Origin: an uncultured Holosporaceae bacterium
Lineage (GTDB): Bacteria; Pseudomonadota; Alphaproteobacteria; UBA3830
Assembly: GCA_946538065.1 (NCBI GenBank)
Contig: CAMNGH010000001.1
Span: 1 to 58,923 of the forward strand
Reading direction: 5' to 3'
DNA length: 58,923 nucleotides
Part shown: in pieces, positions 37,210-46,952 of the stretch
Position numbering within the stretch: position 1 is the stretch's first letter
Layout: every line of letters begins with the position of its first letter
Translations under genes and position numbers: made by a program
The notes under the pieces: generated by a model
Seen by the model: the letters and a program-made list of their open reading frames with translations, nothing else
What the model was told of the DNA's origin: nothing
Database searches by the model: none

Positions 37210-37796
37210 TATTTTACATTATCCTTTACTTTTACGTAGCACACAACTTTTTCAACACCGGACGTCGTTCTTGCATGATTCAAAACAATATCCCTCTCAT
37301 ACTTATTCTGCGCTGTACCGCAGATGTATACGACACCTTTTACAGTCGTTATATCATAGTTCAAAGACTGCACGTTACCATCAAATGCCAAAGAAGACTT
37401 AATTCTAGACGTAATGCTGGAATCTATCATTAAATCTTTTGCGTTTGGTGCTTCCTGAACTTTTGTTTCGTCGAATACCTCTTTCCAACCGCTAACACTC
37501 TTTACAAGTTGTATGGCGCGCTGACACTGGGATTCATCATCCATATATCCAATAACAACGACCATTCCGTGTTTTACAGAAAGTTCAACTCTGTCAAAGA
37601 TATCTTTATCGTCATTCAATAATTTTGCATTTATTTTTGCTTGCAATTCCGTATCGGAAATGCTTCCGATTACGCCGTTATCATTTCGAACAGCGGTAGT
37701 GCCGACAACAGCCGCGCCTCCAAATGTCCAAGTAACAGGATCACATGCAGAACACAACAACAATGGTAATGTGGTAACAATATATTTTACTTTCAT
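37209..37796 (-). CDS. dual-BON-domain outer-membrane lipoprotein (DolP/YraP-like)
   Basis: 195 aa with a lipoprotein signal (LLLCSAC). Collinear by eye with E. coli YraP/DolP (GAAVVGTTAV...; two BON repeats ending SGVEKVVCYVKV). Confidence 0.8.
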   Translation of the reverse strand: MKVKYIVTTLPLLLCSACDPVTWTFGGAAVVGTTAVRNDNGVIGSISDTELQAKINAKLLNDDKDIFDRVELSVKHGMVVVIGYMDDESQCQRAIQLVKSVSGWKEVFDETKVQEAPNAKDLMIDSSITSRIKSSLAFDGNVQSLNYDITTVKGVVYICGTAQNKYERDIVLNHARTTSGVEKVVCYVKVKDNVK

Positions 37797-37834
37797 CTAA
37801 GTATCCTCTCGCAATGGTTTAATCATATCATTTT

Positions 37835-38911
37835 TTACTGTTGCGTACCAGGGACACTTTGTTCAGGGCGATTACTCAAAATTTTGTAAAGTTCTGAAAT
37901 CGTACTCATAACGGATGCTCCGCTTTTCATATTTATTTCTAATAATTCTTGAAATGTTTTTTTCCCGATTGCGTTCGCGATTTTTATCAATATAGATGCC
38001 GGACTTTGTGGTTGCTTTTTTTCCAAAAACACTGCTATTTCTCGCAAAGCGTCATATGCTTGCTCTAAAGTCGCCTCATCTTCTTGCGACTGAACTGAAT
38101 TAGTTTTTACATCGTCTGCGGGTTCAGCTTCACTACTTTGAATAACCTCAACTTTAGCCGTTTGTTCTGCAATCTGTTTTTCTTTTTCAGCCAAATTTTG
38201 CGATGTTGTACGTTGGATATCATCAAGGCATTCCAAAATTTCACTAAAGCTTGGCGCATCGTTTCCACATTTCTCCGTCAAAAAAGCATCCAACGCTTTT
38301 ATACTGTCCGTAAGTTTTTTTATGTCTGAATCCAGTTTGCGGAAAAATTCTATGGACGAAGACAAAACGCTCTTACGTATTTGCTTTAGAGATATTCCTT
38401 TCGTATTTTTTATTTGCAAATTATGTCGTGCCATCATCCAGTCTGATAAAGTGTAAACAATCGACGCGCTGTCAGACGGATCCGTTATCGGCAGTAACAC
38501 CATACGCTCTCGCATTTTTTCTATCAGAAAAAAGAACGGAGACAGTCTATAAGTCGTATCTTTATTATTTATCAACGGATAGATATCATTCCAAAACTTT
38601 TTGCACAAAGCCTGCAACAACTCTATTCCGTCATTCAGTCCACTGAATCCTTCTTTAACCGTCCATGCCTCAGTTAACCAAACGGCAATTTGAATATCCT
38701 TAGTTTTATTTTTGAGTAGATCATCACATAATTTGCAAACCTCAGACCAATTGGCTTTCTTCAACTCTGTCTGCCAAATTCCCTGCGACAATTCGCTGTC
38801 ATCTTCCCTTCTGTATTCCTGAATTTGGTCATAGACGTAATCGTAACGCAAATTATCGCCACATGGTTTTTCTTCAGAAATCGGAGATAGATAATCTTCT
38901 ATATTCCGCAT
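37835..38911 (-). CDS. tssA: type VI secretion protein TssA (ImpA_N domain)
   Basis: N-terminal ImpA_N signature ISEEKPCGDNLRYDYVYDQIQEYRRED...W..V...C..LL..KTKDIQIAVWLTEAW. ATG overlaps the tssM stop (TAATG). Confidence 0.88.
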   Translation of the reverse strand: MRNIEDYLSPISEEKPCGDNLRYDYVYDQIQEYRREDDSELSQGIWQTELKKANWSEVCKLCDDLLKNKTKDIQIAVWLTEAWTVKEGFSGLNDGIELLQALCKKFWNDIYPLINNKDTTYRLSPFFFLIEKMRERMVLLPITDPSDSASIVYTLSDWMMARHNLQIKNTKGISLKQIRKSVLSSSIEFFRKLDSDIKKLTDSIKALDAFLTEKCGNDAPSFSEILECLDDIQRTTSQNLAEKEKQIAEQTAKVEVIQSSEAEPADDVKTNSVQSQEDEATLEQAYDALREIAVFLEKKQPQSPASILIKIANAIGKKTFQELLEINMKSGASVMSTISELYKILSNRPEQSVPGTQQ

Positions 38912-41900
38912 TATTCTTCTCCTTTGTTCCCTTCTTCCGGAATCTCTTTTGCCGTTGAAGTTTGCTCATCAAAAGACACATTTACATCAAGAGGCGTTTC
39001 AGCTGTTCCTTCTTCTGATGCTGTCGAGGTGTTGTTAGATTCTTCAGATTCTGTTGTCCCATGCAAGCTCGGACACGTTGTCGGGAAAACCGGCCATGTA
39101 AGTGGCGTCACTTTATCTTCTGCTTTAATTAACGGTGTAATTTTCAAAATCATTTTGGATGTCATTTCGACATTGTTCTTAGATTTATCGTAAATCGGAA
39201 CATTGAACTGCAACAGAACTCCTTCAGGATATTCGATACCCTGATTTAATTTATGTTCTTCTATTAACCTGAATATTGCCCATCTTCCGGCATATGCAAA
39301 TTTCGCCTGCGAACCTTCAATCGTTAAACGTCCCTCGGCTTTTTTTTCATTTGGTTGTTCGTCAGCGGATCCGACCCACTTAAAAATTGCGTTTACTTTA
39401 TTACCGTTAAAGAACGCACTATTTGCTTCATTATTTACTTCGACATCGTCAATTGTTACGCTTCTCTCAACTACTGAAGAAGTTAACGCTTCTAAATCTG
39501 GAGATGGACGCAATTGCACTTTAAATAATACCGCAGCAGAAGCCGCATCTGACCCCTTTGAATGTTTAATCCATGTTTTCAAAAAAGGTAGGATTTTATT
39601 TGCCGAACGAAGGAAGCTTAAAGCATCTTCATTGATGCCTTTCTTCTCGCGATTCTGCTCGAGGGTAGTATCAATACCTTTGCAATTTTGCTCTAACATG
39701 TTCACAAAAGTTTCGATATCCTTTAACGACGCTTCATCCTCTGAACTACCAAATGGGAATTTGTCCTTCAGATTATTATTAAAGAAGCTATTTAAATTAT
39801 TATACGCTTCAGCGGCTTTATCATATTGAATTACATCAACACGCGATAATAATGACTTTGCGACTTGAGAACGTTTCGACATAAAGAAATCGCCGCCAGT
39901 TTCGGAAATATTCTTAATCTCTCCCTGACTATCGAATCCGTCAACAGAAACTTTCGACAAGCTATTTGTCATAAATTCTTCTAACGCAGCAATTGAGTTA
40001 CCTGGTTTCTTCGCTTCGTAATCATCGACATTAGCTATAATTTCTTTCCATTTTGCAACCAAACGCGTAGCTGTCACTTGCTCCGAAATATACGGCATTG
40101 TAAGTAAATCTATAATCGGAGAGGCCAAATCTTTAGCTAAAAATCTGATTCTTTCAAATTGTGACGTTAAATACTCGCGCACACCAGCCTCGTCATCGAT
40201 GTTTAAGAACTTTGGCTTTTGATTTCCGTTCCAATTATCAAAAATCGCATTTCCTGTCGCGTATGGAGTTTCTAAATTAAATAACGCATCAATTTTCTCA
40301 AGCAATGCAGAATAGTGAGATACTATTAACTGTGTAAGCTCGATGTTATGACTGTCTCCATCCTCCTTAATGCTCTCCAAAAACTTCACAATTTTCGGAA
40401 GAATCGTAGAAACATTTCTGATGTTTGTCGCTTGTCTTTTATACGCATCCTCTAACAGTTTGCGAGCATTCCCTAGTGGAGCATCTTCAAATATTTCCGC
40501 ATTACCTAATGACGCCGCGATGGTCGGTAGGAAACACTTTTGTGCTACAATTTTATACATATCGTAGTACTGCGCACGCATATCTGCCGGCATAGTTTCA
40601 GCAAACACATAATACTTATCGATTAATTCAGAAAGTTTTCTCAAACGCTTAATATCCCAGAACAACATTTTGTCATCCAAAACCGTTGTCGTAAATGTTG
40701 CTGAAGGAACTACACAGATAAATTCCTGTTCCAAAAGCGCATGTAACTCCTTCTTTAAATTCTCGGCATCAGCAGATAATGCCTGAATATTTGCCGAAAG
40801 CAAAGGTCCGGTTAAATCCGTTTGAAACGCTCGCAAGCGCATTTTATATTTCTGAAACTCAGTTTCTGCTTGTTTAATAAGAGATGCTGTACATTCCGCG
40901 CTAATAACATCTGACGTTTTCAATGTTTCAATAAGACTATTATATTCTTTTGTCGGAGAAAAATGTTCTTGAGCTATCCAACTGAAATTTTTATTTTGCA
41001 AAATTTCTGAAAGCAACGTCAATTTCTTATATGTTTTCGCTAATTGCGCCTGCGAATATGTGGCAGATGAATTTTTCGCGGCATCAGAAATTTTTTCTAT
41101 ATCCTCAGTAATATTTTGCAATATTTTTTCTATCGTCACATCCAAAGTATCTTTTAAAAACGCTCCGAAAAGATTACGTAAACCATTTTCTATTTTCGGA
41201 CGGAACGCTTCTATATCGAATTTCGGAGGCATGAGTCGCCTGTTCGGCACGTGATTTTTCATTTCCTCCGTAATTTCAAATTTGTCCTTAAATAAAGCCG
41301 TTGTTAAATCTATAACGCTGTTTCTATCTTCAAGATTTCGTATTGAATTATATTCCGAACTGATTTTTTTCAGACTTGCGACTTTGTTGGTAAATTCCCG
41401 CAAATCCTTAAAACTTTTAAAAGACTTAACATCAAACAAATCTTTTTTCCGATTCGGAGATGCTACATCATTATCTATATCGCGCAAAAAATTATTTGTA
41501 TTCAGATTCAAATCGATGTACATCGCTCTTATAACTACGGAATCAAATACCAATCCCAAAGTATTTTTAATATTGCGATGCAAACTCGAAAACCACGATT
41601 GAGGAACAAATATGGACGTAATATCCCAACGCTTAACAATCGGCATATTTTGCAACAATGCAGCAGTGCGCTTGTTTATTGCACTTTGCTCTGCACCGCC
41701 GTTTAGGTCGGACTGCATTTTTCTAACCTGAGATATCGTTGTTTTTATAGAATATAATGTTCTGTAATACTCATGTATTTTATTTTTGATATTATTGTTA
41801 CCGAAAAACCATCCGAGAGAAAAAGTAACGACTGTTCCTGCTAAAATCAATTTATTGCGAAATGATACTTGCCCTACGTCTATTGCGTCCAAACTTATTG

Positions 41901-43140
41901 GATATGCTAGGTTATATTCTTTAAAAATTTTCTCTGTAAATAAATCTTGAACAAAATACAACTCATTATTGTATGCTCCGGAATAGTTCACTGTCGTAAG
42001 CAACTGCGGACTAAGCGCATTTGGTTGCAATAATTCTGCAGACGCTTCTTCGATAGTCTTCTGCTGTCCTGTAAAATATATTCCTCTCAAAATTAATCCT
42101 TCTTCCGGATTATGCGAGTGGAACATTGCATTTAAGTACGCAGTTAATGATTTTTTCGTCTTATTAATTTCGGATTCAAATAAGATAGCTTTTTCTAAAT
42201 CTTCAGAGACTCTTTTTTCTTGTGCAAAATGAATGACTGCCTTTCTAATTCCCTCGTTTATCGTTCTAAAAGCTTCATCTACCCACACCGTAGAAAATGC
42301 AGTATTCAATGAATACGGACACGACCAACCAAACATTTGTTGTTTTGCGGATTCGTGCAACAAATGTGCGAATTCTGAAAATCCGGTAATCAAATCAGAT
42401 TTCGTAACAATCAAATAAATCGGTAGACGGAAATTCACGTCATGCTGAAATTTAAAAATCTTATTAAACATTTCTGTGGCGTGTTTTTCTACCGCAGAGT
42501 CAGACAAAAGCATATCGGCAGGAAGTGTTACAATTATTCCATCCAATGGCCTGCGTGGACGAATAAACATAAACAACTCACTTATAAACGACCAGAACTT
42601 ATGCTCATCTTCCTTTAATTCTGTTTTCGGTAATTCAAAAATTGCGCCTTTTTTAAATAACTTCCACATGGAATCAATAGCCGAACCATCTGCGGTTAAA
42701 TGTTCCAAATTTAAACTATTTAATAGAGTTGTCTTACCACTTTTTTCAGCTCCGACCATCATAAAACACGGTAGCTTATATCTCCAACGAAGGTCATAGG
42801 TACTGTTTTTTATTATCTCCAAAACTTGAAAGAAAATTTTAGTTATCGGACCGGCATGCATAAAACCATACATCGATAAAATTTCACCGAGGCGTCCGGA
42901 TAAAATCGGCAAATCTTCATGCCGAATTTTTTGTATCGGTTTTGATTTTTTCGTATCGTCCTTCGGTGCATCACGACGAACTATCGGTTTCGGTTTTGAG
43001 TTTACATATATTACGCAAATGCCAAAGAATATTATCACAAGTAAAACCGCAACAACCACCATTCCAACAGATACAAACGGAATAAACTGTGATGGAATCA
43101 CCGCTAATTTATCTGATAATAATTCTTTCACCGCATCCAT
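38911..43140 (-). CDS. tssM: type VI secretion membrane subunit TssM (IcmF-like), unusually long
   Basis: N-terminal TM, Walker A (GAEKSGKTTLLNS), an IVTKSDL NTPase motif, a second TM near residue 450 and a ~950-aa C-terminal region. ATG at 43140 (GAGGGAATAATT upstream, 2 nt after the tssL stop) is preferred over the track start at 43212. Confidence 0.88.
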   Translation of the reverse strand: MDAVKELLSDKLAVIPSQFIPFVSVGMVVVAVLLVIIFFGICVIYVNSKPKPIVRRDAPKDDTKKSKPIQKIRHEDLPILSGRLGEILSMYGFMHAGPITKIFFQVLEIIKNSTYDLRWRYKLPCFMMVGAEKSGKTTLLNSLNLEHLTADGSAIDSMWKLFKKGAIFELPKTELKEDEHKFWSFISELFMFIRPRRPLDGIIVTLPADMLLSDSAVEKHATEMFNKIFKFQHDVNFRLPIYLIVTKSDLITGFSEFAHLLHESAKQQMFGWSCPYSLNTAFSTVWVDEAFRTINEGIRKAVIHFAQEKRVSEDLEKAILFESEINKTKKSLTAYLNAMFHSHNPEEGLILRGIYFTGQQKTIEEASAELLQPNALSPQLLTTVNYSGAYNNELYFVQDLFTEKIFKEYNLAYPISLDAIDVGQVSFRNKLILAGTVVTFSLGWFFGNNNIKNKIHEYYRTLYSIKTTISQVRKMQSDLNGGAEQSAINKRTAALLQNMPIVKRWDITSIFVPQSWFSSLHRNIKNTLGLVFDSVVIRAMYIDLNLNTNNFLRDIDNDVASPNRKKDLFDVKSFKSFKDLREFTNKVASLKKISSEYNSIRNLEDRNSVIDLTTALFKDKFEITEEMKNHVPNRRLMPPKFDIEAFRPKIENGLRNLFGAFLKDTLDVTIEKILQNITEDIEKISDAAKNSSATYSQAQLAKTYKKLTLLSEILQNKNFSWIAQEHFSPTKEYNSLIETLKTSDVISAECTASLIKQAETEFQKYKMRLRAFQTDLTGPLLSANIQALSADAENLKKELHALLEQEFICVVPSATFTTTVLDDKMLFWDIKRLRKLSELIDKYYVFAETMPADMRAQYYDMYKIVAQKCFLPTIAASLGNAEIFEDAPLGNARKLLEDAYKRQATNIRNVSTILPKIVKFLESIKEDGDSHNIELTQLIVSHYSALLEKIDALFNLETPYATGNAIFDNWNGNQKPKFLNIDDEAGVREYLTSQFERIRFLAKDLASPIIDLLTMPYISEQVTATRLVAKWKEIIANVDDYEAKKPGNSIAALEEFMTNSLSKVSVDGFDSQGEIKNISETGGDFFMSKRSQVAKSLLSRVDVIQYDKAAEAYNNLNSFFNNNLKDKFPFGSSEDEASLKDIETFVNMLEQNCKGIDTTLEQNREKKGINEDALSFLRSANKILPFLKTWIKHSKGSDAASAAVLFKVQLRPSPDLEALTSSVVERSVTIDDVEVNNEANSAFFNGNKVNAIFKWVGSADEQPNEKKAEGRLTIEGSQAKFAYAGRWAIFRLIEEHKLNQGIEYPEGVLLQFNVPIYDKSKNNVEMTSKMILKITPLIKAEDKVTPLTWPVFPTTCPSLHGTTESEESNNTSTASEEGTAETPLDVNVSFDEQTSTAKEIPEEGNKGEE

Positions 43141-43142
43141 AA

Positions 43143-43880
43143 TTATTCCCTCAACGCAATGAATGAAATTTCCGTTAGCAGATTGTGAATATCTTTCGTT
43201 TCGTACAGCCAAACAATCGAGCTAATAGATAAAAACATAAACACGAAAAACGCGCACATATAATTTATAATCGATGCTTCCGGCAACATTTTGCGATGTA
43301 TTGTCGGAATAGTATGTGTATATTCTTTTTGAAACAATCGATGCCCAACCATTAGCATTGAATTATCTCGCTTTTCTATAAATTCCAGCAACTTATTTCT
43401 ATACGAATTTATCTGTACAGATTCATCATCTGCACCACGATATTTACCTTCAAACCCTAACGCCAACATCTTCAAATAAATCTCAGCTTTATCTGCAGAA
43501 AATTCATCATGCTCCGCTAACAATTTATTTATACGATTAAAAATTTCATCTCCTGCAATTTGTGTATTGAAAAATTTTTGCTCAAGAATATTATCTTCCC
43601 AAAATTGTTTTCCTTCCCATTCCGAATTAAGGAAAATATCATCTGCAAGAGCAACCATGATATACACGACTTCCGAATAATGCGCTATCGTATGCTTTTC
43701 ATTTTCCATAGCAATTTTTATAAATGAACTCATTGAACGATAAATCGCATGAAAATCTACGTTTTCTTTAGTCTCTTTTATATTTTCTTGTGCATTGAAA
43801 ATAGCCACGCAAAAATTACCAAACATTTCGCGCAAAATCTGTGCAAGCTCTGTCGTGTGTTGACGATTAGCAGTCTGCAT
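43143..43880 (-). CDS. tssL: type VI secretion membrane subunit TssL (DotU family)
   Basis: 245 aa with the DotU core (LALGFEGKYRGADDESV) and a single C-terminal TM. No OmpA/PG-binding extension. Confidence 0.88.
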   Translation of the reverse strand: MQTANRQHTTELAQILREMFGNFCVAIFNAQENIKETKENVDFHAIYRSMSSFIKIAMENEKHTIAHYSEVVYIMVALADDIFLNSEWEGKQFWEDNILEQKFFNTQIAGDEIFNRINKLLAEHDEFSADKAEIYLKMLALGFEGKYRGADDESVQINSYRNKLLEFIEKRDNSMLMVGHRLFQKEYTHTIPTIHRKMLPEASIINYMCAFFVFMFLSISSIVWLYETKDIHNLLTEISFIALRE

Positions 43881-45159
43881 ACAATATGACCTCCTCTGGT
43901 GTGAAGTTTACGGAGCTGTTAACTAAACACAATTTTTCCGCAGGTTTTATGTAACTCGGCTGCACTTTCACAGATATAATTGTCATACCATTTGGTTGAG
44001 TTATATATTCTCCTCTTTCGAGAACAACTCTTTCCGCACCTAACACTCTCTTGTCTCTTATCATTGGCATCATAGATTCACTTGCAATTCTCACGCCGTT
44101 AATCCAGTGCAAAATATCGTCATCTGTCAGAATAAATGGTTTTTGAATACCAATAGCGAGGGTACCTTTCTCCAGCCACTCTTTTTTCATTTGCAATTTG
44201 AACGTATCACCATCTTTATCGAAATGAATAATGTCATACTGTTGTTTCAGCCTACCAAGGACATCTTGCATATACTGCAACAGGCCATTAAATGTCTGAA
44301 ACAAATTTTCGTGATCATATATAGTTAACCTTGGAATTAACTGTGTCGGATTAATCGAAACGATAAACGCAATTGCATTCAGCAAATATTTATAGAGTTC
44401 AAAAGGCTGAATATCATTCGTTCTTACAGCAGCTTCCAATGGTAATGCCGCTTGAATTAACAAACGCAAACTCGCCATCGACTCATCTGAGGCTGTGCGA
44501 GAATAATTGTCTTTCCTGTCCGCGAAATACGAAACCTTTCCCCTGATAATTTGCGCTATCTCTCGGCACATTTCCGAAATTTTCGAATGCTCATTTATCG
44601 TAATGTAAGGAGCGATATAATCAGTACTTACAACACCACCATCTATCGATTTCTGTGCCTCAAATATCGGAAAACCTGTGTAGCGTGCGTCAACTTCATT
44701 TTCTAAAAGCAGTTTCAAACGTGGTTTTAAAGTTGATATATTTTTCGGGTTATCCCCTGTATTTTCATCGCATACATTGGATATTTCAGAAGAATAATAA
44801 CGAGCCATATCTCCCGTTAATTGATTTTCTCCCATCTTACGAGCAGGAACGGCGAGATAAATTTTTACAGGTGTACTGCTAACTGTGAAATAGTCACTGA
44901 GATTTCTTTCCAAAGGATTATCATGAAGAGCATCAAAATCGAAAAACAGACCATCCTTAAAAATACCGCGCGCATTTAATACACGAATCACGCCGGAAGA
45001 TAAAGCAGATGTGTCGATTTTTAAATCATAAACACCATATCCAAATGCGGAATGGGCCGAACTGAACTCTCTGAATAAATGCTGCAGATAATTTTCTGAT
45101 TGCTGAAAATGCTGAGGTGAAATCAACATTCCTTCATACCACTGAACACACGCTTCCAT
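43867..45159 (-). CDS. tssK: type VI secretion baseplate subunit TssK
   Basis: N-terminal VQWYEGMLISPQHFQQSENYLQ is the TssK signature; ~430 aa. ATG at 45159 chosen; the track start at 45174 is TTG. A 14-nt overlap with tssL supports an operon. Confidence 0.88.
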   Translation of the reverse strand: MEACVQWYEGMLISPQHFQQSENYLQHLFREFSSAHSAFGYGVYDLKIDTSALSSGVIRVLNARGIFKDGLFFDFDALHDNPLERNLSDYFTVSSTPVKIYLAVPARKMGENQLTGDMARYYSSEISNVCDENTGDNPKNISTLKPRLKLLLENEVDARYTGFPIFEAQKSIDGGVVSTDYIAPYITINEHSKISEMCREIAQIIRGKVSYFADRKDNYSRTASDESMASLRLLIQAALPLEAAVRTNDIQPFELYKYLLNAIAFIVSINPTQLIPRLTIYDHENLFQTFNGLLQYMQDVLGRLKQQYDIIHFDKDGDTFKLQMKKEWLEKGTLAIGIQKPFILTDDDILHWINGVRIASESMMPMIRDKRVLGAERVVLERGEYITQPNGMTIISVKVQPSYIKPAEKLCLVNSSVNFTPEEVILYADC

Positions 45160-45262
45160 TTCAACACCACACAACTACTTATCTTCAGGATACGCGTCAA
45201 ATGGTTAACGATTTATTTACATTTTCGAAAAATCTCAAAAAATCGTAAATTTTTTTGGAGCT

Positions 45263-45982
45263 TTATATGCCGATTTTCTTTACTTCCCCTAGCTTACTCG
45301 CAACGTATTTATTCCAAACGTCCAAGCGATGTTTCATCGTGAGTTGCTTCGCTTGCTCCAGTCGGAATTTCGCCACGTCTTGATGATTACCCGAACGCAA
45401 AACTTCAGGCACTGTAACGCCGTGGAACTCCGCAGGTCTGGTGTATTGATTGTACTCCAGTAGCGGCTCTTGAAACGAGTCATTGTGTATCGATTCAGCA
45501 TTACCAACCACCTCAGGCAACAATCGCACGCATCCTTCAATTACGGCCATGGCGGCAACTTCTCCTCCCATCAGCACGAAATCACCTATGGAAATTTCCT
45601 CAAAACCGTAAACGTCCAAAATCCGCTGGTCAACGCCTTCATATCTTCCGCACAAAAATGTCACTCCTGCAGATTTACTGATGTCGGAAAAATCCTGTTG
45701 AGTAAATTGTCGCCCACGCGGTGAAAAATATACTTTGCGCATTTTTTTAGCATCGTCCGACAACGTCTCAAACGCTTTTTCAAAAGTCAGTGGTGACAAA
45801 ACCATGCCGTTCCCTCCACCGTAAGGAATCGAATCGATGCGATCGGATTTCACGGGAAACTGTTTCAAATCAATTAAATTTAGCGCCCATTTTTTCTGCT
45901 CAAGCGCCTTTCCAATTAACGAAACTCCCAGATTACCGGGAAAAGCCTCTGGAAAAATTGTAAAAACATTCGCCTGCCACAT
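45263..45982 (-). CDS. trmD: tRNA (guanine37-N1)-methyltransferase TrmD
   Basis: Begins MWQANVFTIFPEAFPG, with CGRYEGVDQR and GGEVAAMAVIE motifs. ATG at 45982 is 1 nt after the rimM stop. The track's longer ORF to 46114 overlaps rimM and is rejected. Confidence 0.94.
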   Translation of the reverse strand: MWQANVFTIFPEAFPGNLGVSLIGKALEQKKWALNLIDLKQFPVKSDRIDSIPYGGGNGMVLSPLTFEKAFETLSDDAKKMRKVYFSPRGRQFTQQDFSDISKSAGVTFLCGRYEGVDQRILDVYGFEEISIGDFVLMGGEVAAMAVIEGCVRLLPEVVGNAESIHNDSFQEPLLEYNQYTRPAEFHGVTVPEVLRSGNHQDVAKFRLEQAKQLTMKHRLDVWNKYVASKLGEVKKIGI

Positions 45983-45983
45983 T

Positions 45984-46448
45984 TTACTCTCGAAAATTTT
46001 TAAAAGCGTCTGCGGATAACAACAATTCACCGTTCGTTTCGGGAAAATTAGTATTCGTAAACGGCACCAAAAACCGTTGTCCGTCATACGACAGCTCAAC
46101 GATATCTCCCGCACCGTAATTACACACGTCTGTAATTACGCATGTACTTTCGGAATCGCGCACTTTAATTTCACGTCCTATTAAATCGTGCAAATAAAAC
46201 TCTCCGTTTTCCAACGGCTCAAGTTCATCTTCTTTTATAAATAGAGACATACCTTTTAACGTTTCTGCGACGTTTCGGTCGTTAACATTTTCGAGAGTAA
46301 TAACGTTTGGCTTGAGCACACGAAAAGCAAACGCCTCTCCGACATCGTTATAAAGTTTTCTATATTTCTTGAGGTTATCAGAATAAGACTCGATGCGCAC
46401 TGCCCCGCGTATACCGAACGCTCCGACAATGCGCAAAATCTCTATCAA
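45984..46448 (-). CDS. rimM: 16S rRNA processing protein RimM
   Basis: 154 aa with GAFGIRGAVRIESYSD N-terminal motif and a PRC-barrel C-terminus. Sits in the rpsP-rimM-trmD order. TTG start. Confidence 0.88.
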   Translation of the reverse strand: MIEILRIVGAFGIRGAVRIESYSDNLKKYRKLYNDVGEAFAFRVLKPNVITLENVNDRNVAETLKGMSLFIKEDELEPLENGEFYLHDLIGREIKVRDSESTCVITDVCNYGAGDIVELSYDGQRFLVPFTNTNFPETNGELLLSADAFKNFRE

Positions 46449-46453
46449 CTATA

Positions 46454-46819
46454 TTACTCGGCTGGAGTCTCAGCAGCTGCAGCAGCGGCTTCTTGCTGTG
46501 CCTGCAATCTCTCTTGAGCTTTCTTCTTCGGAGCGGATTTTTTAGGAGTTTCCGTAATCGCCGGCTTCTCGCACAATCCCATTTTACTTAACAAGATAGC
46601 AACTCTGTCTGACGGTTTCGCGCCAACAGAAAACCAATATTTTACTCTATCTTCTTTTACGGTGACGCGCGACGCATCATCATGATCTAAAAACGGATTA
46701 TAAGTTCCGACTTTTTCAATAAAAGATCCGTCTCTTGCATTTCTGGAATCTGTTACGACCATTCTGTAGTACGGGTGCTTTTTCGCTCCTCCGCGAGCTA
46801 AACGAATTTTTAAAGCCAC
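46454..46819 (-). CDS. rpsP: 30S ribosomal protein S16 (with Ala/Lys-rich C-terminal extension)
   Basis: (V)ALKIRLARGGAKKHPYYRMVV. GTG at 46819 with GGAG 6 nt upstream is preferred over the TTG at 46837. Confidence 0.93.
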   Translation of the reverse strand: MALKIRLARGGAKKHPYYRMVVTDSRNARDGSFIEKVGTYNPFLDHDDASRVTVKEDRVKYWFSVGAKPSDRVAILLSKMGLCEKPAITETPKKSAPKKKAQERLQAQQEAAAAAAETPAE

Positions 46820-46952
46820 AAATATCTCCACATTCAATATGGAATAACTTTTAACAACTATAGCATTAAAAGTCCAGTAGCAGACAGAAAAAATTATATT
46901 TCTGCATAAATCCGTTCTTTATAGAAAGACAATTAAATTTGAGAAAACGAAA

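Noticed and set aside
37209-37796. BON-domain lipoprotein immediately downstream of tssA, considered as a substitute for the missing TssJ lipoprotein
   Set aside because: It is collinear with the housekeeping DolP/YraP (two BON domains) and its stop is coupled to comM. Nothing links it specifically to the T6SS except adjacency.
45983-46114. N-terminal extension of trmD in the track (start at 46114); the same issue applies to priA (58227-58334), tssM (43141-43212), rseP (4078-4104) and rpsP (46820-46837)
   Set aside because: The extensions overlap the preceding gene, add residues absent from the families' conserved N-termini, and often begin at TTG/GTG. Internal ATG/GTG starts with SD-like sequences fit better.
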